From: Chloropicon primus
Taxonomy: Eukaryota
Reading direction: 5' to 3'
DNA length: 64,000 bases
Assembly: GCA_023205875.1 (NCBI GenBank)
Contig: CP060755.1
Span: 930,001 to 994,000, forward strand
The notes beneath the pieces were generated by a model that was not told the origin of the DNA, ran no database searches, and worked only from the letters and a program-made list of their open reading frames with translations. Below, in pieces: positions 50,965-61,824 of the stretch. Both the position numbers and the translations under genes were made by a program. The stretch's first letter is position 1. Each line of letters starts with the position of its first letter.

Positions 50965-51457
50965 AAGGGACTACTTTGATAATACCTGCTGTAATGTATT
51001 ACTGTTTTGAATGTTGACTCGTGGTGACCCGCACCAGCAGCCGTTGCTGCAACAATCCAAGCAACACCCCCACCCAACCGATCCGGCTTGCGCTTCAGCT
51101 TGATGCTTGACTTTGCACCACCAACAGAGGAGTGATATGCGCCCCCCCCCCCCCGGAGTGAAGTGACAAATGGTCCAAGGAATTCCACCAGAGCTAAGCT
51201 ACACTGATCATGTCTCGCCCGCCTCCTCTCTGAGGTCAGCCTCCTAGGATCTTTTTTGTCAATTCAGTACGATTGAAAGGAATCATTTAGCTGGGGGGGG
51301 ACAAGGTCGAGGACTTGGGTCCCGGAGGTCGGGGTTGCGAAGACTCGCTCGTGCTGATCAACGACACACCCCAACATCTGATAAGATCCAGAGGGCAGTA
51401 TTCGTCGGTTGCGTTGCGTTGCGTTGTATGTTCTAGCAAGTGTTGTTGTCGCAGAAA

Positions 51458-52267
51458 ATGGGCGCAGCAAGTTCTATCACCAGGAACTCTGACGCACCAA
51501 TAATACGGGCAGAGAATGGGGTGACTCTGTTTCAGGTCGAAATTTTGACTCAGGCTTTTGCCAAGGTAAGGAGAGCGAGGGGAGAGAAGTCCTGAGTCCT
51601 CGCGGGGAGGCCCGATCGTGCACCAGCCCAGTCGTCCCGGGCTTCGTGTGTTCAAGATCTCGTTGCTCGCAAGCTCTGACACCACATGCTCTCGCTTCCC
51701 TGGTCGCCGCATCCTCAGAGGACGGACAAGGCCCTGCTAGAGATAAGCAAGTTCGGGATACGAATCCTGGACAGGTCAGACAACCAAGTCATCAAGGCGA
51801 TAGCCATGTCCTTGATCCACAGCTGGAGTCCCGAGGCTCGGTCGATTGTCTTCGTGTGCACAAACGGGAACATGGACTTGTACTCGATAGAGCTTTCGAC
51901 GACGCAGTGCGAAGAGATCCTTTCGTGCCTGCAGCAGATCGTGTCCCAGGTGCTCAGCACCAGGAAGGAGCAGGCCCTGAACGAGACGGAGGTTATCGAC
52001 CTCCTGTCGAGCCTCAACAAGCAAAACGGTTCCTCGGACATGTCCCAACTGGAAGTCCTGAAGAGCCAGGTGGAGGGCCGTTACCTGACCTCCGAGAAGG
52101 CCTTCTTGGTCGCGTCTTCATTCTCTGACACCTTTGACAAGATGGAAGCTACTCTTTTCCTCCAGTCTCACCTGGTCGACCAGAACAAGTTCTCCAAAAT
52201 TTTAGAGACCTTTGAGAGCGAGGAGCGGCAAAACATCTGGCACAGGATCTACGTGAAGCTGTACTGA
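51458..52267 (+). CDS. Putatively N-myristoylated protein with PH/PTB-like N-half and DUF4476-like helical C-half; exons 51458-51565 and 51719-52267
   Basis: Starts MGAASS; an AAG|GTAAG...TCAG phase-0 intron joins in frame to RTDKALLEISKFGIRILD. Domain labels are by eye. Confidence 0.65.
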
Positions 52268-53143
52268 TGTATATTTATGCTGCAGACCAACGAAAGCCGC
52301 CCCATCACCATTGTACACAATCAGAGCAGGGCAACAGGGTTACCCCCTCCCCCGCACAGACTGCAGACCGAACCGAACGCCAACAATAAAGAGAAAGAGA
52401 GACCGGGCGGGAGAGAGAGAGAGAGAGAGTAATCCTCGTTGTCATACGACATGTAAGAGAATCGTTTGTTCATGCCTCTTCTTCTCCGAGCAGAGCGAGG
52501 TGCAAGCGCCTGACTTCGTTCCAACTGATCAAGGTCGGTATTCGTTCGTATTTATTTTAGAACCTCTCCATCACCAAAGCATCATCGTCCTCGAGTGACC
52601 CTCACCCATCATCCGCCCAAAGAAGCAGCAGGAGTGGACAGAAGTCTTCCCAAAGCAAAGCGAGGATTGCCAAGAGATCACGATCGTCAGAGAAGAGAAG
52701 TCTAGAGTTCCTCCTCCTCTTTCGTCCGTCCCCCTCGAAAGAGCTCCTCTCTGGCCTTTACACTCTCTTTAAGGCAATTCCATTCAAAACGAGGGTCTCA
52801 CTCTTCGATGGAATTGGCACTCTTGGGTTGGTTTGTTTTTTCTGTAATCGTTGGGGAAATCGATTGTTTCCGCTCGTCGTCGTAGAAGTCAAAGGCCAAG
52901 AGAAGTCGGACGAGGGCGTGCGGTCTGGCGGTCGTCACCAAGACCAGAGACAGAGGACGGAGACTGGACCAGGGGGCGGTGACGGGAAAAAGTGCATTGG
53001 CATTGCTTTCCTTGTTGCAGAAATGGAAGGCCGCCTCACGTGAGGAACGTACTGGGGAGAATTTGAGAGAGAACAAACACACATACACACACACATATAC
53101 ACGGAGAGAGAGTACGAGGGAGGCGACGAGAGACTCTTTGAGG

Positions 53144-56100
53144 ATGGAGGTCACGACTGTTATTGGACTGACGGATGAGAAGGTTGGCTTCGCCAGTCGA
53201 AGCACACTTATAACCGCGTGCGGGAGACACTTGTGCCTTCGAGACATCTTCTCCAGCAGGAAGGAGTACATCACTGTCCCTGGCCAGGGCGTGAAGACCA
53301 TCACCTTCAACCCGAGGGACAACGCCTTCGCCGTTGCCGAAATTAACGAGGATCCTCGGGTGTTCATCTACGACAGCCTTTCTCGCAAGCTTTCTTGCAC
53401 GCTGGAAGATGCGGGGACGATGGAAGTCGCGGCCCTCGGCTTCTCGGCCTACGGCAACAGGTTCGTGACAGTGAGTGGCGCGCCTGACTACCGGGTCAAG
53501 GTCTGGGACCTGAGCACGGGCACAGTTCTGGTCCAGGGGACGGTGGGCTTTCAGGCAACGGAAGTGATCTTCAACCCACACAACAAGGACGAGTTCGTGG
53601 TTTACGGCAACGGAAAGCTTGTGTTCTGGCAAGTGAAGGAGATGTACCAGAAGTTTTTGCTCGATTCGAAAACTCCAGACCTCGATGACCTGTACCCGAA
53701 CTGCTGCGAGTGGAATCCCAGGGGCGGGTTGCTCATTGGTTGCAAGACGGGCGAGGTGATCTTGCAGGACAGCGCGGCTGACAAGCCCATGTCCGACTCG
53801 GAGGGAAAGCCCGTGGTCGTGGCCAAGGTGGACGAGGAGGTGAAGGCAATTCGAGTCCACGGCCGCACGGTGATCCTTGGGGTCCAGAACCGCCCTTGCA
53901 AGGGGTTCCCACTGTCCCAAGTGACCCTGAACCCAGGAAGCACTTCCGTCGGGGACGTCTTTCCTGAAATCATGAGCACGAACTTCATTGGGTTTGACCC
54001 TTATTATGACAAGGTCGTGTTGTCCACAGCGCAGGGTTGCTTGTTCATCTTCGATGTCGCCAAGGGGCTGGCGCAAGCCAAGCAGGTTGCCGCAATCGGA
54101 GCCTTCCACAGAGGGAGAATCACAAACCTCAAGTTCTTGGATGAGGGTAGTCACTTTGTCGCTTCTTCGTGGGACAGCGACAAGGTCGGATCTCTCTGTG
54201 CCTGGAGCCTCAAGGACGGAGACTTGCTGTGGAAGAAGAGCTTCTCCTCGCCACAGGTCGCGATGGACTGCTGCAAGGAGAAAAAGATTGTGGCGTCAGC
54301 AGGCAAGGACGGTATTGTCACCGCAATGAGCTTCAAAGACATGGAAGCTCCCAGGGTGATTTTCAGGAAGAAAGTTCACACGGGACCAGGAAAAGCGGTG
54401 AGCTTCAGTTTGAAGGGAGGCTACCTCGCATCCATGGACAACGGTGGCCACGTGTTCTTCATGGCCGTGGATGAAGAAGGCCAGAGCCTCAGGGTGATTG
54501 GATACGTACCAGTGACCTCCAAGAATATTGGCTTGACCTGGACCAAGCACCTCGATGCGGGTGACGAGGGCTTGTGCCTTGTGTCCCTCTCCTCCAACGA
54601 GCTCATGGGCATCGACCCACCCCCAACGACCTACGCGGCGGACAGCCTGATGCTCGACGAAATCTGCAAGACGAGGAGGCTTAGGCTGGATAGCAACGCC
54701 ACCGCGATGCATGGTTTCCACAGCTCCGACGGAGAGGGCGGAACCCTCGTGGCGATAGGCAACGACAAAAAGGTGAAGCAGTATAGACTTCCGTCAGAGG
54801 ATCAGGCTTGGGGGGGATTCAAAGGACGCATCACGCAGCCGGAAAACGTCTACCTGTCCCTCATGAAGCAGGGAGATGCTATCGCTACCTCTGGCGACAT
54901 GACCAAGGTAATCAGCGCATCCAAGGAAGGAAAGGTGGTCATAGCGAGCGAATCGGACGAACCGGTCACCCTTAGGCCGCACAACTCTATTCTTGGTGGA
55001 GCTTCCGCGGTGGCCTGCGACAACGACGGAGGATGTATCATATCTGGCGGAGTCCTCGGAGAGATTCTGGTGTACATGGACGCCTCGAAGGAAGTGAAGG
55101 ACCCCCCGAGAGTGAAATTCCAATTGAAGCACATGGTCGACGAGGGGGAACCCTTGTCGGTTGACGTGATTCGGGAGAACGACAGGAATGTGAGGGAGAA
55201 AGCTCACCAGGGAGCGGAGCCAGACAAGGTCAAGGTTCGCGGAGAGCTGAAGTCCCTCCAGGAGCAGATCCAAGTACTCATACAAAAGAACGCCCAAGCT
55301 CCTGCGCTTGAGCAGCTGGAATCAACGGAATTCATCTTGGACAAAGAGTACGTCAACGAGTGGGACAACCTAAGCAAAGATAAAGCCCAGAGGCTGAAAC
55401 AGGACCTGGAGTTCAAGCGCACGAAGGATCTCATCATTGCGAAGAGGCTCAAGGATCTCGCTTGGAATTCCATGCGTCAGAAGGGGAGCGTGATCAGGAG
55501 TCTGAACACGAATGTTGAGGTGAACAACTTTCCGATCGGGCAACCTGGGAAGGACAGCAGCTTCTTGAAGAAGCTCATCTACCTGCGCTCCGTCGGAAAG
55601 GCTGAGCACGTGTACTTGAAGGAGGACCAGGATGACGCCACTTTGGGTGGGGAGGAGGCAAGCGACCCCCAGCCAGCTCAATCGAAGAGCCCAACAGGCA
55701 AGGGCAGTCCAGCTGCGGACGAGAAGCCAGACGAGAGTGTGGTGAAGTCGCTCTTGTACCCGGATGCCAAGATGTCCCATCCAAGAAGGAAGAGACTCCA
55801 GATCCTCATGATCGAGGAGCTCATCATGGAATACAAGGACCAGTTCAACAAGTCCCACAAGAAGCACAAGGAGCACAAAGAAGGCCTGGTGGATAGAATA
55901 GGAGACCTCAGCAAGAGGGCGAAGGAGCTCTCCGACGAGATCATTTTGCTCGGAGGTACCGCTCCAGAGGAGGAAATGTTCGAGATTCAGATGAGCAAGC
56001 CTGAGATCGCCAGCAACTTTCTTGAGGTGCAGGAGGGCGACATTACCGTCAAAAAGTACTTGAGCCCTGCGGAAAGGCAGCGTATCGCGGAGGAGGAAGC

Positions 56101-57946
56101 AGCGGAAGCTGCCCGTAGGGCAGCGCAGAAGGGCGATAACGTCGGAGAGCGCGGTTTGAAGGATATGATGGGCGGAACCCTGCATAAGGCAAAGGCCAGC
56201 GAGGTTTCGGAACTGGAGAGGCCCGAGTGGATGGATATGCCACCGGAGGAAATGTCGGACGAGCAGCGCAAGGAGCTGAAGGAGTTTGAGCACGAGACCA
56301 AGGTCTTGGCGGAGGAGAGGGAAAAGAGGAGGAAAGCCCTGGAAGCCGAGTATAAGAAAATTCGCTCGGATGCGCTCGAAGCATGTGCAAAGTTCGATGA
56401 GAGCGTCATAGAACTGCACAAGGCAAAGTTGGACATGACTTCTTTGATCAACAGAATGGAGATGGATATCATCCGCCTCTGCATTGCTCTGGAGCAGGCC
56501 GAGAGGATCGACGCCATCAAAGAAACTAGTATGCTGAGCGAGCTCGAGGAGTTGAGGTCGAAGAAATCTGAAGTCGGCGAGTTGCTGTCCAACTTCAAGC
56601 ACGAGGTTGACACCGAGCTCGAGCAGCTTGAGACTTATGTCCAGGAAGACAAAACTTTGGAGAAGGCCTTCAAGAAAGATTTCGCGGAGTGCGAGGAATT
56701 CTTTGATCGCTTGCTGAAACTCTTCCGGAAGAGGACACACAAGGGGCGAGTGAATTCGGAAAAGTCTGGGCAGCAACTGATACAGACTGTAAGGAGGCAA
56801 GGCAATGTCGCAGGGAAGATGAACAGAAGGATGAGCATGCTTGCGGTGGGTCAACAGGATCTCAAGAGGCAAGCGAGGGTGCCGTCGTACCTGCAGGGAT
56901 CCAGAGGCGAGGTCGACGCCGATGACTCGAATGACCCATGGGCGAAGGGGATCGAAAAGATCGGGAACTCGAATGACAATGAGATCCTGTCCATCGACCC
57001 ACTCAATGCCGCCGAGGATAGACCTGAGGGGCTTGATCCCCATTGGTGGAACAAGCTCGTGGACGCCAGGAACAGGAAGATCCAGACGGAGACGGCGGTG
57101 AAGAAGCAGATGAACTTGGTGCTGCGAATGCAGAAGTACCTGGCTTACTTGACGAACAAGGATAACGACCTCAAGATGAAGCTGGAGACCGTGACGCAGG
57201 AGCTGAACGACCTGCACACGCAGAGGGAATACAGAATCTGGGACGTTGACATGTCTTTGGAGCTGAGGCAAGGCCAAGTTGAAATCGTTCAAGACTTGGT
57301 GAGCGCGAACATGGACGACGCCCTGCTCCTGGAGCGCACTGTGATCCAGGACAGGAACCAGGTCATCGAGAAGCATGGAGGCCAAAAGGTGGACATCTTG
57401 AAGGCTATCAAGGACTTCAAGAAGGGTATCTACGACATCCAGTGGGAGAACCAGAGGCTCGAGATGCTCGAGGAGGACTGGGCAGAGAAGACCAAGGAGT
57501 TCCAGCTGCTCAGGGTCACCAAGGGCTTGCAGAGTTTCCTCAAGTCTGGGGAGGACACGAGCAACTCGAGCGAGCAGGCGGCCCTCGAGAGCCGCCTGGA
57601 CCACAACAAGGCCCTGAGCAACAAGACGATCAAGGAGAAGCAGAAGAGTCTGAACAAGATTCAGCGCATCATCACGGACGTCAGGCACCACAACATGCAG
57701 TTGCAGCAGCAGGTCACCGAGCTCGAGTACGAGGTCCAGGAGGAGCAGCACGCGAACAAGTCCAAGAAAGAGGAGCACGACGACGGCGGCAAGAAGACTG
57801 CCGCGAGGAGGATGAGGTCGCTCGTCACGGAGAGGAAGCTCGCTGACATTTCCAAGGCGCAGGCCGAGGAGATTTCTCTGCTCAAGCAAGAACTCGAGCG
57901 GCTGAGGAGGAGAACCTTCCCCTCCTTCACCACCATGAGGGCGTAG
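53144..57946 (+). CDS. CFAP43: Cilia- and flagella-associated protein 43 (WD40 repeats plus coiled coil)
   Basis: N-terminal WD repeats (SGAPDYRVKVWD); ERGLKDMMGGTL, LRQGQVEI and terminal ELERLRRRTFPSF as in CFAP43/WDR96. Confidence 0.87.
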   Translation: MEVTTVIGLTDEKVGFASRSTLITACGRHLCLRDIFSSRKEYITVPGQGVKTITFNPRDNAFAVAEINEDPRVFIYDSLSRKLSCTLEDAGTMEVAALGFSAYGNRFVTVSGAPDYRVKVWDLSTGTVLVQGTVGFQATEVIFNPHNKDEFVVYGNGKLVFWQVKEMYQKFLLDSKTPDLDDLYPNCCEWNPRGGLLIGCKTGEVILQDSAADKPMSDSEGKPVVVAKVDEEVKAIRVHGRTVILGVQNRPCKGFPLSQVTLNPGSTSVGDVFPEIMSTNFIGFDPYYDKVVLSTAQGCLFIFDVAKGLAQAKQVAAIGAFHRGRITNLKFLDEGSHFVASSWDSDKVGSLCAWSLKDGDLLWKKSFSSPQVAMDCCKEKKIVASAGKDGIVTAMSFKDMEAPRVIFRKKVHTGPGKAVSFSLKGGYLASMDNGGHVFFMAVDEEGQSLRVIGYVPVTSKNIGLTWTKHLDAGDEGLCLVSLSSNELMGIDPPPTTYAADSLMLDEICKTRRLRLDSNATAMHGFHSSDGEGGTLVAIGNDKKVKQYRLPSEDQAWGGFKGRITQPENVYLSLMKQGDAIATSGDMTKVISASKEGKVVIASESDEPVTLRPHNSILGGASAVACDNDGGCIISGGVLGEILVYMDASKEVKDPPRVKFQLKHMVDEGEPLSVDVIRENDRNVREKAHQGAEPDKVKVRGELKSLQEQIQVLIQKNAQAPALEQLESTEFILDKEYVNEWDNLSKDKAQRLKQDLEFKRTKDLIIAKRLKDLAWNSMRQKGSVIRSLNTNVEVNNFPIGQPGKDSSFLKKLIYLRSVGKAEHVYLKEDQDDATLGGEEASDPQPAQSKSPTGKGSPAADEKPDESVVKSLLYPDAKMSHPRRKRLQILMIEELIMEYKDQFNKSHKKHKEHKEGLVDRIGDLSKRAKELSDEIILLGGTAPEEEMFEIQMSKPEIASNFLEVQEGDITVKKYLSPAERQRIAEEEAAEAARRAAQKGDNVGERGLKDMMGGTLHKAKASEVSELERPEWMDMPPEEMSDEQRKELKEFEHETKVLAEEREKRRKALEAEYKKIRSDALEACAKFDESVIELHKAKLDMTSLINRMEMDIIRLCIALEQAERIDAIKETSMLSELEELRSKKSEVGELLSNFKHEVDTELEQLETYVQEDKTLEKAFKKDFAECEEFFDRLLKLFRKRTHKGRVNSEKSGQQLIQTVRRQGNVAGKMNRRMSMLAVGQQDLKRQARVPSYLQGSRGEVDADDSNDPWAKGIEKIGNSNDNEILSIDPLNAAEDRPEGLDPHWWNKLVDARNRKIQTETAVKKQMNLVLRMQKYLAYLTNKDNDLKMKLETVTQELNDLHTQREYRIWDVDMSLELRQGQVEIVQDLVSANMDDALLLERTVIQDRNQVIEKHGGQKVDILKAIKDFKKGIYDIQWENQRLEMLEEDWAEKTKEFQLLRVTKGLQSFLKSGEDTSNSSEQAALESRLDHNKALSNKTIKEKQKSLNKIQRIITDVRHHNMQLQQQVTELEYEVQEEQHANKSKKEEHDDGGKKTAARRMRSLVTERKLADISKAQAEEISLLKQELERLRRRTFPSFTTMRA

Positions 57947-58054
57947 AGGCGAGACACCACCGTGCCCGTTAGCATTAATTTTGTACTTCATATACACAAC
58001 ACCGGGCTTTCCACGCCCAATTACTAGTAGAGTTTGGAGTTCCAAGGGCACGGC

Positions 58055-59125
58055 CTACGTTTCCTCCCCGGTCTCGGCCTTCCCGCCTGGCAAGGTCCTC
58101 ACGCCGACGTAAACCTGAAAGTAGAACGCCGAGCAATCCTTGCTCGTCTTCCCGCTCCCAGGAACAGCCTTCTTGATGAAGCGGGAGATTCGCCTGAAGT
58201 CTTTGCCAAACTTCTCATGAGCTTCCTTGAAAGACTTGTACTCGGCGTCCGACCACCTGTAATCCACGGGATCGGTGAGCAAGGCCACTATCCGCTTGGT
58301 TCCCTCTTCGTCGACCCCTCCCCGCGCGCCTCCTGCGGAGGCAGCCCCGCCGCCCCCAAAGAGTTCCCGCACGGGCCAAACCCGCGTCGGCTCCTCCCTC
58401 TCCCCCCCCTGCCCGCCTTTGTCCCTGCGCCCGCGCAGCGAAGGCATGTCCGCCTGGTACAGCTCCCCCACCCTGGAGGACCGCGGGGGGTAGTGCTCCT
58501 CCTTCTCCATCGCGACCAGACCCTGGTGCGGGGAGTACATCGGGACCGGCACGAGGTTCAGGGAGTGCATCGAGGCCGGCCTTAGCCCGGCCCGCCTCTG
58601 CAGCAGGCCCTCCTGCCGGAAGCAGCGCAGCCTGTGCAGAGCCATCTTCGCGGTCCTCACGTCGCGGTCGTCGTCGCGCGAGTCCAGGAGCACGGACCAG
58701 GGATTCTCCGCCATGTACCTGACCCACCCCACCGTGCAGGGTATCGGATCCAGGGAGCCCAGAACCTTGCTCTTCACCGCCTGGATTTCGCCGACTCTCT
58801 CGCTCTCGCTCTTGATCCCCCCCTTCCCCCGGTCGTCCGCAGCGTGCGAGGGGGACGTCGACGTCGTCGCCGTCGTCGTTGTCGAAGCCCGCGAGCATAA
58901 TTCCCGCTCCGTGCTCCTCGACCCCTTCCCCCCCCCCCTCCTGAACCAACTCACGAACAACTCCTTGGCCTTCTTCTCATCGATCCCGTAATCTCTGGAG
59001 CACCGGACGGTGAACTTCTTCAGTCCCTGCTTGGTCAGTCCCCCGTCGCTCTCCCCCACCACCATCCCCCTCAGCAGCTCCATCGCCTTGTCCATGTTCT
59101 CCCTCCTCATGACCATCCCCACCAT
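58055..59125 (-). CDS. ELM2-SANT/Myb domain protein
   Basis: RVGELYQADMP (ELM2 start) and WSDAEYKSFKEAHEKFGKDFRRI..KTSKDCSAFYF (SANT). Confidence 0.78.
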   Translation of the reverse strand: MVGMVMRRENMDKAMELLRGMVVGESDGGLTKQGLKKFTVRCSRDYGIDEKKAKELFVSWFRRGGGKGSRSTERELCSRASTTTTATTSTSPSHAADDRGKGGIKSESERVGEIQAVKSKVLGSLDPIPCTVGWVRYMAENPWSVLLDSRDDDRDVRTAKMALHRLRCFRQEGLLQRRAGLRPASMHSLNLVPVPMYSPHQGLVAMEKEEHYPPRSSRVGELYQADMPSLRGRRDKGGQGGEREEPTRVWPVRELFGGGGAASAGGARGGVDEEGTKRIVALLTDPVDYRWSDAEYKSFKEAHEKFGKDFRRISRFIKKAVPGSGKTSKDCSAFYFQVYVGVRTLPGGKAETGEET

Positions 59126-59514
59126 ACCACCACACGCCGCGCCGCGCACAACGGGCACACACACACACACGCCAACCCACTCCTCTCTCTCTCTCTCTCT
59201 CTCTCTTTCATTTGTTTGCGGTTCAAAAATATCCTGCGAGGCAAGCCTCGTTGGCGCTGCAGCAAGGGAAAGGGGAGAGAGACCAGGCGCTTGTTGTTGA
59301 CGTTTGCGTGAGACTGGAGCCTTCGCGTGGCCCGGGGAGTACTGCTGGATCGCGTGGCCTCACTCTCTTTCTCTCTCTCTCTCTCTCTCTTTGATTCTTT
59401 TGAATCGTTCTCGTTCTCGTTCTCAGACGGACGAAGAGAGATTGTTTGTGTTATTGTTTGTTTGGGAAGCGCTTGACGGCAACTTTGGGTTTGCGGAGAA
59501 GGCGAGAGGGTGTG

Positions 59515-61614
59515 ATGTCGTCGTCGTCGGCTTGGTCGATTTGGGGGGAAAGGGGGCGGAAGGTGGCCCTGAGGACCGCGAAGGCTGTGTCTCGCAGCTT
59601 CTCTCAAGCGCCTTGTCCTTCCCAGACGGCGCAGGAGGTCGCAGGAAAGGTCAGGACCCTCGAGGGCGTCGCGCACCAGGCGGGCAGGCAGGCGGGTGAG
59701 GCGCTTGCGGCGGGGGCGCGGCACGGGAAGGGCGGCGGGGGGGGCAAGGGTGGCGGAGGAGGCGGGGGCGAGAGGTTCTTCAGGAATCCGTGGTTCACGA
59801 CCATGGCCGCGGCGGGAGGCCTCGCGGCCGCGGCGTACAACCTCGACCCGGAGTCCGTCGTGCGCTACATGGACAACAGGCGCCCCGCGAAGAGGCCGGA
59901 GCACGAGATCTTCGACGAGAGGGGCTACCCGAAGAACCCCGTGCCACTGAGGGAGGAGCAGGTGAGGAGGCTGAGGGAGGAGGAGGAGTTCGACCTGCTG
60001 ATCGTGGGGGGAGGGGCGACCGGGACCGGAATGGCTGTGGACGCCGCGACTAGGGCCCTGAAGACGGCCATGGTCGAGGCAAACGACTTTGCGTCCGGGA
60101 CCTCGAGCAGGTCCACGAAGCTCGCCCACGGGGGGGTGCGCTACCTGGAGAAGGCCGTGAAGAACTTTGACTACTCGCAGCTCCACTTGGTGTTCGAGGC
60201 CCTCTCGGAGAGGAAGAGGCTCCTCAACAACGCCCCCCACCTCAGCAGGTCCCTCCCTATCATGACCCCGTGCTACCACTGGTGGGAGGTGCCCTACTAC
60301 TGGGCCGGGATGAAGGCCTACGACACCCTCGCGGGGAGCCAAGGGCTGACGTGGAGCAGGTACATGACCCCCAGCGAGGCCCAGAGGCAGTTCCCGACTC
60401 TGAGGACCGAGAACGTCCACGAGGGGACCCTGAAGGGGTCCATCGTCTACTACGACGGCCAGTTCAATGACGCGAGGCTCTGCCTCCTGCTCGCTTGCAC
60501 CGCGGCGGAGGAGGGGGCCGCCGTGGCCAACTACACCGAGGTCGTGGACCTGCTTAAGGACGAGGAGACGGGTAAGATCCGAGGCGCGAGGGTTCGGGAC
60601 AAGATGACCAACAGGACGTTCGAGGTCAGAGCGAAGCAGGTCGTGAACGCCTGCGGTCCCTTCTCCGACTCGGTGAGAAAGATGTCGGACCCCAAGGCGA
60701 GGTCTCTGGTGGCCCCGAGCAGCGGGGTGCACATCACCCTCCCGGACTACTACTCCGTGGAGGGTTTCGGCATGATCGTCCCCAAGACCAGGGACGGGAG
60801 GGTCGTCTTCCTGCTGCCCTGGGAGGGCCACACCATCGCCGGCACCACGGATTCCGAGTCCGAGATCACCTTCAGCCCCAGGCCGAGCGAGAAGGACATC
60901 AAGTTCATCTTGGAGGCCATTGAGGACTACCTTTGCGTCAAGGTCAGGAGGGAGGACGTCTCCTCGGCGTGGAGTGGGATCAGGCCGCTCATCTCGAACC
61001 CCCACTCGGAGAACACGTCCGAGCTGGTGAGGGACCACCTCATCATGACGGACAAGAATGGCCTCGTCACGATATGCGGAGGCAAATGGACCACCTACAG
61101 GCTGATGGCAGAGCAGGGCGTGGACCAGGCCGTCAAGACGGGCAATCTGAAGCCGCCCGAAAAGTGCCAAACGAACGAGTTGAGGGTCGTGGGAGGTGAC
61201 GGATACCACATCGCGCTCCACACGGAGGTCGCCCAGGATTACACCGTGCCCCACAGACCGGGAGCCATTGACACGCGGGTCGCGAAGCACCTCACGTCGG
61301 CTTACGGGGACAGGGCAAAGGTAGTGACAAGAATTGCGGAGGACAAGAAGTTGGGCCAAAGGCTGGCCAGGGGCCACCCCCAGATCGAAGCCGAGGTCGC
61401 CTACGCGGCAAGATACGAGTATTGCACCGGGGTAGAAGATTTCTTGACCAGGAGAACGAGGTTGGCCTTCCTCGACGTGAGAGCGGCGGAGCAGGCCTTG
61501 CCCAGAGTGGTGGAGATCATGGCCAAGGAGTTGAAGTGGGGCTGGTTCAAGAAAAGGAAGGAGCTTCATCAAGGGAAGGAGCTCCTGAAAACGTTTGCTA
61601 ACGGCACGACATAA
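59515..61614 (+). CDS. SDP6: FAD-dependent glycerol-3-phosphate dehydrogenase, mitochondrial
   Basis: DLLIVGGGATG, GTSSRSTKLAHGGVRYL, YDGQFNDAR, AWSGIRPL, GGKWTTYR and RRTRLAFLD. Confidence 0.95.
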   Translation: MSSSSAWSIWGERGRKVALRTAKAVSRSFSQAPCPSQTAQEVAGKVRTLEGVAHQAGRQAGEALAAGARHGKGGGGGKGGGGGGGERFFRNPWFTTMAAAGGLAAAAYNLDPESVVRYMDNRRPAKRPEHEIFDERGYPKNPVPLREEQVRRLREEEEFDLLIVGGGATGTGMAVDAATRALKTAMVEANDFASGTSSRSTKLAHGGVRYLEKAVKNFDYSQLHLVFEALSERKRLLNNAPHLSRSLPIMTPCYHWWEVPYYWAGMKAYDTLAGSQGLTWSRYMTPSEAQRQFPTLRTENVHEGTLKGSIVYYDGQFNDARLCLLLACTAAEEGAAVANYTEVVDLLKDEETGKIRGARVRDKMTNRTFEVRAKQVVNACGPFSDSVRKMSDPKARSLVAPSSGVHITLPDYYSVEGFGMIVPKTRDGRVVFLLPWEGHTIAGTTDSESEITFSPRPSEKDIKFILEAIEDYLCVKVRREDVSSAWSGIRPLISNPHSENTSELVRDHLIMTDKNGLVTICGGKWTTYRLMAEQGVDQAVKTGNLKPPEKCQTNELRVVGGDGYHIALHTEVAQDYTVPHRPGAIDTRVAKHLTSAYGDRAKVVTRIAEDKKLGQRLARGHPQIEAEVAYAARYEYCTGVEDFLTRRTRLAFLDVRAAEQALPRVVEIMAKELKWGWFKKRKELHQGKELLKTFANGTT

Positions 61615-61824
61615 TTGATCTGTTCCGTGGGATACGTTATCTTTATTTCCGCTTTTTTGTAGAGAGTTTTTCTGTAATCTTACCATTCTTCTGTTTTGTT
61701 TGCCGCCGCCTGCTTTGCGACAAGGCGCCCGAAATTATTGGGTGTGGGGGTGAATTACAACTAAGTTTTAGCTTTTTGTGGACGACTTGGTCTCCAATAT
61801 TCAGTCAGGGGAGGACCAGGAGTC

